Shown piece by piece: positions 21,953-30,393 of a stretch of DNA of 64,000 nt (the first letter of the stretch is position 1; the number at the start of each line of letters is the position of its first letter). The position numbers were made by a program, and so were the translations under genes. This DNA comes from Candidatus Eiseniibacteriota bacterium. GTDB taxonomy: Bacteria; Eisenbacteria; RBG-16-71-46. The stretch covers positions 1,568,001 to 1,632,000 of the forward strand of contig CAVSAC010000014.1 of assembly GCA_963725865.1 (NCBI GenBank), read 5' to 3'. The notes beneath the pieces were generated by a model that was not told where the DNA came from, made no database searches, and worked only from the letters and a program-made list of their open reading frames with translations.

Positions 21953-24900
21953 GTGCAGCGAGCGATCCCCCCCGATCAGTCGCATGCGCTCTCCTCCGCG
22001 CAGCAGGCCGCGCGGCAGCATGAGGCGATCGGTGAACTGCATCTGGCGGCCGACAACTTTCCGAGCGCTATAGAGGCGTTCACCGCCGCGCTCGGGATGA
22101 TCGGGCCGCACGCGCCCGCCGACCGCTGTCGCCTGCTCGAGCGGCTCGCGCTCACGCACAACCGTCGCGGTGCTTATGACGCGACGTTGAGCGTCATGCA
22201 CGAGGCGCGCGACACGGCACGGCTGCTTCGTGATCCGCGCCTGAACGCCCGCATTGCCTCCCGCATGGCCTATGCCCTCGCAGAGTTGGGACGCTACCGC
22301 GCGGCGCGGCGCTATGCCCTCTACAGCTTCACCGTCCTGCGGGATACCGACGAGCACGTCACTGTCGGTCAGGCTGCGGTCACGCTCGGGGTATGCTGCG
22401 CCCGCTTCGGTCGTCCGGCCGAGGCCATCGAATGGCTACAAGGCGCCGTGGCGACGTTCCGTCGGATCGGGGATGCCGAAGGCCTGGTCAACGCGCTGAA
22501 CATCCTCGGCCTGGTGCACAAGAACCTGCGCGAATGGCGGGAGGCGACCCGCTTCCTTGAGGAGGCTCTTCGCATCGACGAGCGCTCGGGCCTGTACTCG
22601 AGGATGCGTGCGCACAATCAGAATCTCGGGCTCATCCGACTGCGTCTGGGGCAGTGGGACCTTGCTGAGGAGAATTTCCGCCAGTCATTGAGGATCTCAG
22701 TCGAGATCGGCCACGTGCAGGGCGAGGCATCGGCGCTGCTGGCGCTTGGACTGCTCGCGCGCCGTCGCCGGCAGCTCGATCGGGCCGAGGAACACTACCG
22801 CCGCGCCCACGCGCTGGCCGGGCAGTGCGGAAGTCAGCGTGAGCGCCTGCTGGCCCTCGAGTTCCTGGGCGAGATCGAGCTCGACCGGGGGGATGCGGTG
22901 GCCGCCCTCGCGCTTCTCGAGCCGGCCCTCGTGGAAGCACGCGGACTCGCGCCAGAGGGCGACCTAACACTCGAGCTCGAGACTCGCACCGGGCTCGCCT
23001 GCTTGGTCGCGGGTCGGACCGAGGAGGCGCAGGCTCACGTGCTGCGCGGGATCGCGCTGGCCGAACAACTGGGCGACCGGCTCGAGGGTGCGGTCGCTGA
23101 GCGCGTTCTCGGACGACTCGAGGCCACCCGGGGCAATCCAGCCACGCTCGAGGTCCACTTGCGTGCGGCGGCTCAGGAGTTCGAGGGCCTGAACGAGGTC
23201 TTTGAACTCGCGACGACGCTGGCTGTCTGGGGCGAGTACCTGCTGCTGCTTCCGTCGAGCGTGCGGATGAGGGTGCCGCTGGAGCCGGTGTCCGAAGCCG
23301 CGCGGCGCGCTGCCACGCTTTACCGACAGCTCGGGCTGGTGGCTCCCGCCGCGGAGACGCTGCTCACGTTGGCGCGCCTCGAGGCCGAGCGCGAGCACTA
23401 CGATCAGGCCCTGTCGCTCCTGGAACAAGCCGAACAATGGCTCGCCGAGAACGGGGATCCCGAAGCAGAGGACCGCGCCGGCGCGCTGCGTCGCGAGCTC
23501 GAGCGCCAGTACGTGGCGGTGTCGTTGTCCACCTGCAACGAATTCCGCGCGCTCGAAGAGGCCAACCGCCTGTTCCGCGAGACCGCGGACATGGATAGCG
23601 TGCTCGCGCAGATTGTCCGACTGGCGGTTGAGAACGCAGGCGGCGACCGCGGCTTCGTGGCCTTCAGCGCCAGCGGGTCGCGCCTCGACGTGGTCGCGCA
23701 GCACGCTCTCGGGCGCGACCGCGCGCGCCGTATCCTGCGCGTGATCGAGAACGTGGTCGGCAGTCGCATCGCCGAAAGCGGCCCTGTGTTCTCGAGTCGC
23801 GTGACCGCGGATCCGAGATTCGCAGCCGCGCTCGTCGATGCCCTCGAGGGAGTCGGGTCGCTGGTGTGCGTTCCGCTCAATTTCCCTTCGCAGTCGGTCG
23901 GCCTGGTCTACGTCGACCGACTCAACGACAACCTGCTCGGCGCGTTCAAGCAGCGGGAGTTGAATCTGCTGGCGGTGCTGGCGAACAGCTCGGCGGTCGC
24001 GATCGTCGAGGCGCAACGATCCTTGCTGATGGAAGAGAACCGGCAGTTGCGGGACAAGCTGAAGCCGAGCCCGGGCTCCGAGCGCATCATCACCCAGTCG
24101 CGCGAGATGGCGAGCATTATGTCCCTGCTCGCGAAGGTGGGGGATTCGACCGCCACCGTCTTGCTGATGGGAGAAACCGGTACGGGCAAGGGGTTGCTCG
24201 CGCAAGTGGTGCATGAGATGTCGAACCGACGGGACCGTCCGCTGGTGCAGGTCAATTGCGCGGCACTGCCCGAGTCACTGCTCGAGAGTGAGTTGTTCGG
24301 GTACGTTCACGGTGCATTCACCGGCGCGTTGCGCGACAAGGTAGGGTTGTTCGAGGAAGCCGAGGGGGGGACGATCTTCCTCGACGAGATCGAGAAGATC
24401 CCGGAGTCGGTGCAGGCCAAGCTGCTCCACGTGCTCGATCGCAGCGAGATCCGTCCCGTGGGCGCGACACGCAGCAAGCGCGTCGATGCGCGGGTCATTT
24501 GCGCTACCGGGGTCGATCTGCGGGAGCGGATTCGGGAGGGGCGCTTCCTCGAGGACCTCTACTATCGTCTGAATGACATCACGGTGCGAGTGCCGGCGCT
24601 CCGCGAACGGCGTGAGGACATCCCCGTGCTCGCCCAGCACTTCCTCGCCATGTATGCGCGGCAGATGGACAAGACGGTGCGTGGGCTGGCACCGGACGTC
24701 TTGCGGGCGTTCCTCGAGCACGAGTGGCGCGGGAATGTGCGAGAGCTGGAGAAGACCGTGAAACGGATGGTGGTTCTGGCAGACGACGACGATACGCTCG
24801 GGATGGATTTGCTCCCGCCCGAGATGCGAGATCGAATGGTCGCCGAGCTGGTGCCTCCGACCACGACGTCGAATGGCGGTGCGAAGTCCCTGCGCGCCAA

Positions 24901-25054
24901 CGTCTCCGTGCTCGAGCGCCGCCTCATTGCCGATGCGCTCGAGCGCCATCGATGGAACAAGGCCCAGGTCGCTCGCGAGCTGGGCCTGTCGTATCCGACG
25001 CTGCTCTCCCGTATCCGCACCCTGCGGATCGAGCGCCGTCGCGCGGGATCATAA
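21953..25054 (+). CDS. TPR-GAF-AAA+-HTH sigma-54 enhancer-binding protein (1033 aa)
   Basis: About 500 aa of TPR-like helices; GAF ('SLVCVPL..VGLVYVD'); GETGTGKG; intact GAFTGA; WRGNVREL; C-terminal HTH. No receiver domain. Confidence 0.93.
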   Translation: MQRAIPPDQSHALSSAQQAARQHEAIGELHLAADNFPSAIEAFTAALGMIGPHAPADRCRLLERLALTHNRRGAYDATLSVMHEARDTARLLRDPRLNARIASRMAYALAELGRYRAARRYALYSFTVLRDTDEHVTVGQAAVTLGVCCARFGRPAEAIEWLQGAVATFRRIGDAEGLVNALNILGLVHKNLREWREATRFLEEALRIDERSGLYSRMRAHNQNLGLIRLRLGQWDLAEENFRQSLRISVEIGHVQGEASALLALGLLARRRRQLDRAEEHYRRAHALAGQCGSQRERLLALEFLGEIELDRGDAVAALALLEPALVEARGLAPEGDLTLELETRTGLACLVAGRTEEAQAHVLRGIALAEQLGDRLEGAVAERVLGRLEATRGNPATLEVHLRAAAQEFEGLNEVFELATTLAVWGEYLLLLPSSVRMRVPLEPVSEAARRAATLYRQLGLVAPAAETLLTLARLEAEREHYDQALSLLEQAEQWLAENGDPEAEDRAGALRRELERQYVAVSLSTCNEFRALEEANRLFRETADMDSVLAQIVRLAVENAGGDRGFVAFSASGSRLDVVAQHALGRDRARRILRVIENVVGSRIAESGPVFSSRVTADPRFAAALVDALEGVGSLVCVPLNFPSQSVGLVYVDRLNDNLLGAFKQRELNLLAVLANSSAVAIVEAQRSLLMEENRQLRDKLKPSPGSERIITQSREMASIMSLLAKVGDSTATVLLMGETGTGKGLLAQVVHEMSNRRDRPLVQVNCAALPESLLESELFGYVHGAFTGALRDKVGLFEEAEGGTIFLDEIEKIPESVQAKLLHVLDRSEIRPVGATRSKRVDARVICATGVDLRERIREGRFLEDLYYRLNDITVRVPALRERREDIPVLAQHFLAMYARQMDKTVRGLAPDVLRAFLEHEWRGNVRELEKTVKRMVVLADDDDTLGMDLLPPEMRDRMVAELVPPTTTSNGGAKSLRANVSVLERRLIADALERHRWNKAQVARELGLSYPTLLSRIRTLRIERRRAGS

Positions 25055-25089
25055 GAGTCTCTTACACACTCACACTCAAGAATGTTGCT

Positions 25090-25144
25090 ATCGCATGGTG
25101 CTGTCTCACAGGGACTTGGACTGTGAGAGGCAGCACGATGCGAT
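25090..25144. repeat. Long imperfect inverted repeat (terminator of the activator gene or enhancer site)
   Basis: ATCGCAT-G-GTGCTG-TCTCACAG ... CTGTGAGA-GG-CAGCAC-G-ATGCGAT. Confidence 0.7.
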
Positions 25145-25264
25145 TATCTTGTGGATCGGTGTCTCTCTCGCTCCACAGCGGCGCTCGTTGAATGATGAGC
25201 CGCGCTCGTCTGATGCCATTACTGGACAACATCTTGAAAGTTTCGAGACCTTGGCTTGACCTCG

Positions 25265-25280
25265 TGGCACGCCGGGTGCA
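25265..25280 (+). promoter_or_regulatory. Sigma-54 promoter 1 (predicted +1 about 25291)
   Basis: TGGCAC-GCCGG-GTGCA, GG-N10-GC spacing, about 210 nt downstream of the activator gene. Confidence 0.6.
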
Positions 25281-25290
25281 GTTGTGCGAG

Positions 25291-25655
25291 GGCGGAGGGG
25301 GGGGACCTCCAAAAAGTCCGGTGGCCTCGGTCACCGGACCACAATCTGGGCTAGCCGGTGCAGTAGGGGTCCGGTCGAGGGTACGAGCCCCAGTCACAAG
25401 ACAGCGCACCGTCCTCTACGACCGGCTAGCTTGGAGAGTGATTCAGAAGGACATTTCGACGCGGCGGGTTTTCGATCCACATGGACTGGCGGACCACCCG
25501 GCGCGTTCTCGTTTGTCTTGACTCTTGGGACACCGGTCCGCCGCGTCGGATCCTCACATTGGGGGATGTGAGGCTGCTGGCGCCGAGCATGAGGCCGGTG
25601 TCCCCTCCGCGGCTCGAGCAGGTGCAGCCGACCCGTCCACTGCGGGTCGGCTGTC
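25291..25655 (+). ncRNA. Candidate novel structured ncRNA (~320-365 nt)
   Basis: Seven perfect 8-11-bp helices, including a 5'/3' closing helix (25292-25300 with 25602-25610) and a terminal 11-bp hairpin; no credible ORF; starts at the predicted sigma-54 +1. Confidence 0.55.
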
Positions 25656-25871
25656 GCGTCTTCTGGGGCACTTTCGTTCCTCGACCGCAGCAGTCGAAAC
25701 CCCGCAAGAGGACTAACTACGCCACTTGTGTGGCGCTGCGTGCACAGGTGCGTCTTGCCCGCACAGTCCCATGGACGCCACGCAGCTGTCTTGCACGCCC
25801 GACATCCCCCGGTCAATTGCACGCCAATCAGTTGCGCTTGGAGCCCCCCGGGAGGAACCTGATGGCATGAC

Positions 25872-25886
25872 TGGCACGTGGCTTGC
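25872..25886 (+). promoter_or_regulatory. Sigma-54 promoter 2 (consensus)
   Basis: TGGCAC-GTGGC-TTGC, an exact match to TGGCAC-N5-TTGC, 50 nt upstream of ATG 25937 with a GGAGG RBS. Confidence 0.8.
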
Positions 25887-25936
25887 GCTCGAATGGGTGA
25901 GCCACAGTTGGTCACGGGTTCGGACTGGAGGTCCAT

Positions 25937-26749
25937 ATGAGGCGCTTGCTCCCATTTCTGGCGCTGGCTGCGTTACTCGCCGGCTGTGACGACTCCTCAT
26001 CGCCGCGCGACGTCACCCCTCCAGCAGCACCGCGCGGATTCGCGAGCGTGACTGGTGACCACTCCGTACTCCTGTACTGGCTCGCGAACACGGAAGCCGA
26101 TGTGGTCGGCTATCACCTTTACACTGCCGACTGCGCCTCGGGCGGGGGCTGCCCCTACACGCTGATCGGCACCACCTCGGGCACCACTTACACCGTGACC
26201 AATCTCACCAATGGTGTGACTAAGTACTACGCGGTGGCCGCGTTCGATCGAGCCGGCAACGAGAGCGCGCCCTCGAAAGAGGACGTCTTTGACACTCCGC
26301 GCCCGGCTGGATCGCTCTCGTTGCAGAGTCTCCAGGCCAATCCGGCGCGCAGCGGGTGGGACCTGTCAGCGTTCGCCGTGGTGCCGTCCACGAGCCCGAA
26401 CGTCGATCTCATCTTCAGTGATGACGGCACGACGTACGAGATCTACGCACCCTTCACAGACACCGACATCCAGGATGCTGGATTCGCGAGCACGCTTGAT
26501 GTGGTCGATTTCGCCCCCAATGGCGGCTGGTCGCTCACAGGGACGGTGGAATTGGTGCCCGGGCACTGTTACGTGGTGTGGACGCGCGAGAACACGTTCG
26601 CGAAGTTCCGGGTGACGAGTCTCAGTGCCGGTCAAGTGGCGCTCGATTGGGCGTACCAGACCTCGGTGGGCAATCCCGAGCTCAAGGCCCAGCGGCCACC
26701 TACGGACGGGGAGCGGGTGCGGCGCGACCGGAGCGTTGCGGTCCGATGA
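25937..26749 (+). CDS. Lipoprotein with fibronectin type III domain
   Basis: Lipobox LAG-C; FN3 'DVTPPAAP...VLLYW...GYHLY...YTVTNLTNGVTKYYAVAAFDRAGNES'. Confidence 0.8.
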   Translation: MRRLLPFLALAALLAGCDDSSSPRDVTPPAAPRGFASVTGDHSVLLYWLANTEADVVGYHLYTADCASGGGCPYTLIGTTSGTTYTVTNLTNGVTKYYAVAAFDRAGNESAPSKEDVFDTPRPAGSLSLQSLQANPARSGWDLSAFAVVPSTSPNVDLIFSDDGTTYEIYAPFTDTDIQDAGFASTLDVVDFAPNGGWSLTGTVELVPGHCYVVWTRENTFAKFRVTSLSAGQVALDWAYQTSVGNPELKAQRPPTDGERVRRDRSVAVR

Positions 26750-26994
26750 TCGATGCGCGTCCAGCGCCTGACACTCAAGGCTCCGGGCGCGTGATGCTGG
26801 TATCATGGAGCCGACCTCAGCCGGGATATCGGGGTCGGCAGCGGGGAATGCAGGTGCCCTTGGTGCCTCGAACCGGCGTCTGCCGCTCCCCATCAGAACC
26901 TGTGGAGCACCGAACGGTTTCACGGGGTAGGACTCCGGTGCGCGTGATGTGCGGAGCGCGAGGGTCCTCCCCGGCTCGGGGAAGGAGTCCGGCC

Positions 26995-28419
26995 ATGTTG
27001 CGCAACACCGTCATCGCCTCGTCGATCGCCGCGGGGCTCATGCTCGCGCCGGGGTTCTCGCTGGCGCGTGTCGGCGTCGAGGTCTGGACCGATCGTGGCC
27101 AGGACGCCGTGTACAAGCCTGGTGACTTGATGCAGGTCAAGGTGCGGGCGAGTGACGACGCCTACCTGTTGGTCTACGAAATCGATACCGACGGAAATGT
27201 CCGCGTGCTGTTCCCGTATCAGGGGCAGAGCGGCTTTGTGGAGGGGCGGCGCACCGTGCGCGTGCCCGACGAGGATTCCAATGTCGAGCTGGTCGTCGAG
27301 CAGAACACTGGCGAGGCGTACATCGTCGCGCTGACGTCCGAGGAGCCCTTTCTCGACATGCCCTGGTACCTGCGCCCGTACGACCCCCGCAGCGAGGGTG
27401 TGGACTACGAAGGCCAGCCGGATGACGAAGAGGGTGTGAGCAGTGACGGGCGCATCGTCGGCGACCCGTTTGTCGCGATGGAGCGCATCCGCCGTCGCGT
27501 TCTGAGATCCCCGGAGGATCCTGGTGCCTTCGGCACCGCGTACACGTCGTACTACGTGCATGAGCGCGTCCGCTATCCTCGCTACCTCTGCAACGACTGC
27601 CATCGCCCGTCGCGCTGGGCATGGTGGGACGGCTTCGATCCCTACTACTCGACCTGCTCGGTCGTCGACTTCCGCATCAACTGGGGCTGGTCGTGGGGCC
27701 CGGGCTACTGGTTCGGCAACGTCCCGTATTTCTGTTACGTCCCTCGGGCCAACTGCCCGCCGCGCTGGCGCCACGGCTGGAACGCACCGTGGTACTCGTC
27801 GTGGGACGGATGGGATCGTTGGAACTCCATGTGGAGCGGCCCGCTGGTTCGGTACAAGTCACCCCCGCCGACGGGCTATGTGCCCCCGAACAAGTACAAC
27901 GACCCGGATCGCTGGCGTGGCCGCGATGCGGTCCCGTTGCCGCCTGGATTCCTCGCGAGCGGGAGCGGGCGCGACCGCTATCGACCGATGATCCCGGTCG
28001 GCCACAACCGCGAGGCGCGCGATCAGGACCAGGCGCAGACGCCAGATACGCGGCGTGGCCGCATCGAGCGCATGCCGGGGCGTCAGACCGGGCCGGGCGA
28101 CCAGCCGAGTTCGGGCGAACGCGTCGAGCGTCCACGCCAGCAGCGACCGCTTCCGTACGGGACACCGCGCGACGAAGGGTCGGGTCGTCTGGAGCGGCGG
28201 CATGAGCAGCCCGCCCCGAACAGCCGGCCGCCGCAGCAGCAGGGGCACCGGACCGAGCGCCCGCAGCCAAGCAACGATCCGCCGCGCGACAATCCGTCGC
28301 CGCCGCGCGTCGAGCGACGCAGCGATCCGCCGCCCCAGCAGTCCGCACCACCTCCGCAGCAGCAGGCCCCGTCGTCACGCGGTAACGAAGGACCGCGGGA
28401 GCATCGCGGAGGGCGTTGA
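26995..28419 (+). CDS. Secreted DUF4384-like protein with CxxCH, Trp-rich segment and disordered Pro/Arg/Gln tail
   Basis: 'VEVWTDRG..VYKPGD.MQVKVRASDDAYLLVYEIDTDGNVRVLFP' (DUF4384-like); LCNDCH; GGAAGGAG RBS. Confidence 0.7.
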   Translation: MLRNTVIASSIAAGLMLAPGFSLARVGVEVWTDRGQDAVYKPGDLMQVKVRASDDAYLLVYEIDTDGNVRVLFPYQGQSGFVEGRRTVRVPDEDSNVELVVEQNTGEAYIVALTSEEPFLDMPWYLRPYDPRSEGVDYEGQPDDEEGVSSDGRIVGDPFVAMERIRRRVLRSPEDPGAFGTAYTSYYVHERVRYPRYLCNDCHRPSRWAWWDGFDPYYSTCSVVDFRINWGWSWGPGYWFGNVPYFCYVPRANCPPRWRHGWNAPWYSSWDGWDRWNSMWSGPLVRYKSPPPTGYVPPNKYNDPDRWRGRDAVPLPPGFLASGSGRDRYRPMIPVGHNREARDQDQAQTPDTRRGRIERMPGRQTGPGDQPSSGERVERPRQQRPLPYGTPRDEGSGRLERRHEQPAPNSRPPQQQGHRTERPQPSNDPPRDNPSPPRVERRSDPPPQQSAPPPQQQAPSSRGNEGPREHRGGR

Positions 28420-28460
28420 AGTCGCCCATCGGATGAGAGCACTCGTCCACGATCCCAGTG

Positions 28461-28485
28461 GCGGGGCCCGCAACACGGGCCCCGC
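28461..28485 (+). terminator. GC hairpin between the DUF4384-like and PorV-like genes
   Basis: GCGGGGCCCG-CAACA-CGGGCCCCGC; weak U tract. Confidence 0.4.
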
Positions 28486-28507
28486 CGTTCATGTCCGGAG
28501 AGAACGC

Positions 28508-29425
28508 ATGCGCGTAGTCGTCCGCCTGCTCGTAGTGACCCTGATCGGCGCCCTCGCTTGCCCGAGCCTCGCGGCTCCCCCAGGGTTCGCGTTCCTCAAT
28601 GTCCCGGTGGGCGCACGCGGCGCCGCGCTCGGAGGTGCCTACGTCTCGCTCGTCGGCGGCGCCGAGGCGGCATTCTGGAATCCCGCGGCGCTCGATGGGG
28701 TGAAGGGACTGCAGGCGACCGCGACCCACGTGGAATTCCTCTCGCATCTGCGCCACGAGCAGTTCGCGCTCGCAGGTCATGCGCTGGGCGGCGGGCTCGC
28801 CGGTTCGGTGCGCGCGATGTACTCGGAGCCCATCGACGAGCGGGATGACCTCGGCAATCTCGTCGGCTCGTTCGGCTCTCACGATCTCGAATTCCGATTG
28901 GCCTACGGCCGCCATGCAGCTCCCGGCCTCACGCTCGGCGGCTCGGCCCAGATCGTGCGGGAGCGGCTCGACACCGAGAGCGCAATGACCTACGCCTTCG
29001 GCCTTGCCGGCGCGCTGGAGCCCGCACGGTGTCCGGGGCTGAGGCTCGCGGTCGCCGCCGACCAGCTCGGTCCCGCGGCGCACTATTCGATCGGCGATAC
29101 CCGGGGCGACCCCGTGAGGCTACCCGCCTCCGTGCAGGCAGGTGGGTCGTACGGTCACTCGGTTGGTCAGGGCCTGGCGTTGCGTGGAGCCCTCGAGACT
29201 CGCCTCACGACGGGGCGCACGGGGGTCGCGATGCTGGGCGCGGAACTCGCGCACGCGCCGTCCGGGGTTGCACTGCGTGCGGGTGCGCGCCTGAACGATC
29301 ATGACTCCTCGATGGCGTTCGGACTGGGCTGCGCGCTGCAGTCGTTGCGGGTGGACTACGCGTTCGTGCCGTTCCGCGACGATCTCGGCGACACCCATCG
29401 CTTCTCGCTCGGCGCGCAGTTCTAG
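28508..29425 (+). CDS. PorV/PorQ-like outer-membrane barrel (FadL-like fold)
   Basis: 'GFAFLNVPVGARGAALGGAYV...AAFWNPAAL' N-terminus and 'DYAFVPF..LGDTHRFSLGAQF' C-terminus. Confidence 0.8.
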   Translation: MRVVVRLLVVTLIGALACPSLAAPPGFAFLNVPVGARGAALGGAYVSLVGGAEAAFWNPAALDGVKGLQATATHVEFLSHLRHEQFALAGHALGGGLAGSVRAMYSEPIDERDDLGNLVGSFGSHDLEFRLAYGRHAAPGLTLGGSAQIVRERLDTESAMTYAFGLAGALEPARCPGLRLAVAADQLGPAAHYSIGDTRGDPVRLPASVQAGGSYGHSVGQGLALRGALETRLTTGRTGVAMLGAELAHAPSGVALRAGARLNDHDSSMAFGLGCALQSLRVDYAFVPFRDDLGDTHRFSLGAQF

Positions 29426-29437
29426 GAGCGCGCGCGT

Positions 29438-30169
29438 TCAGCCGTCGTGCGACTCCAGCCGGATCACGCCGTCCTGCAGGACGGCGCATGTGAAGCGCTC
29501 CATCCAATCCCCGAGCACGAAGAACTCGCGCCCGTCTTCGCGGCGCTCGTAGACATGATGGAAGTGGCCGATCATCACGGCGTCGAAGCCCTCCCGGAAT
29601 CGCGGCTCGGCGATCTCGCGCCACAGTCGCTCGGGCTCGAGCGGGCGCTCGCCGCGCGAGTGACGCGACCATCGCGAGACCGCGCGCGCGAGGGGGAGGC
29701 CGAGGTCCGGATGAAGGAGTTGGTAGAGCGCGATGCTCGCGGGGCTGCGAATCAGGCGGCGCAGCACCCGGTAGCCGAGGTCGCCGCCCACCAGCCCGTC
29801 CCCGTGGTGCAGCCAGATGCGGCGGCCTTGTCGTTCGATCGCCAGGGCACCGTCCACCGTCCGGGCGCCGACCGAATCGGCCAGAAAGGTGCCCAGCCAG
29901 AAATCATGATTGCCATTGAGGTAGGTGATGCCCACCCCGGCCTCGTGCAACCTTCGGAGTGCGCTGAGCGTCGGAAAGAGGCGCCGAGGTATCGCCGTTC
30001 GGTACTCGAACCAGAAGTCGAACAGGTCACCGACGACGAACAGCTCGGACGCACGCCCGGGCAGCGAGTCCAGGAACGCGTGGAGGCGCTGCAGGCGCGG
30101 CGCCTCTCGCTCCACCGGCTCCGCCCCGAGATGGGCGTCGGAGAGGAAGTAGGCGGCCGGGGAGGACAT
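29438..30169 (-). CDS. lpxH: UDP-2,3-diacylglucosamine diphosphatase
   Basis: FLSDAHLG, VGDLFDFW, GNHDFW, HGD, GHFH, LGDW. Confidence 0.85.
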   Translation of the reverse strand: MSSPAAYFLSDAHLGAEPVEREAPRLQRLHAFLDSLPGRASELFVVGDLFDFWFEYRTAIPRRLFPTLSALRRLHEAGVGITYLNGNHDFWLGTFLADSVGARTVDGALAIERQGRRIWLHHGDGLVGGDLGYRVLRRLIRSPASIALYQLLHPDLGLPLARAVSRWSRHSRGERPLEPERLWREIAEPRFREGFDAVMIGHFHHVYERREDGREFFVLGDWMERFTCAVLQDGVIRLESHDG

Positions 30170-30393
30170 GGGCGGCAGTCTAGCCAGCGCTCCCGATGGC
30201 GACAAGCCCCGGATGCCGAGAGCCGGCGTCGCACGGGATGGCGCGCCGGTCTCCTGAATTGACGCGACGATGACAGTCGACTCGGTCGCGTGAGCACACT
30301 GGATCATCCAATGCAACCACACGCAGCGATGGGCGCGCGGGCGGCCAGGTGGCCCCGCACCGACGCGCCGAAGTCCCCGACCGGAGGAATCGG

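Noticed and set aside
25305..25330. 'AAAAAGTCCGG' resembling RNase P RNA (GAGGAAAGUCC)
   Set aside because: The GAGG part and the matching 3' P4 consensus are absent, so it is not called rnpB; an Rfam search should confirm.
25192..25521. 109-aa ORF (and 25481-25870) over the structured region
   Set aside because: No RBS, no recognisable motif and atypical codon usage; dense base-pairing explains the region better.
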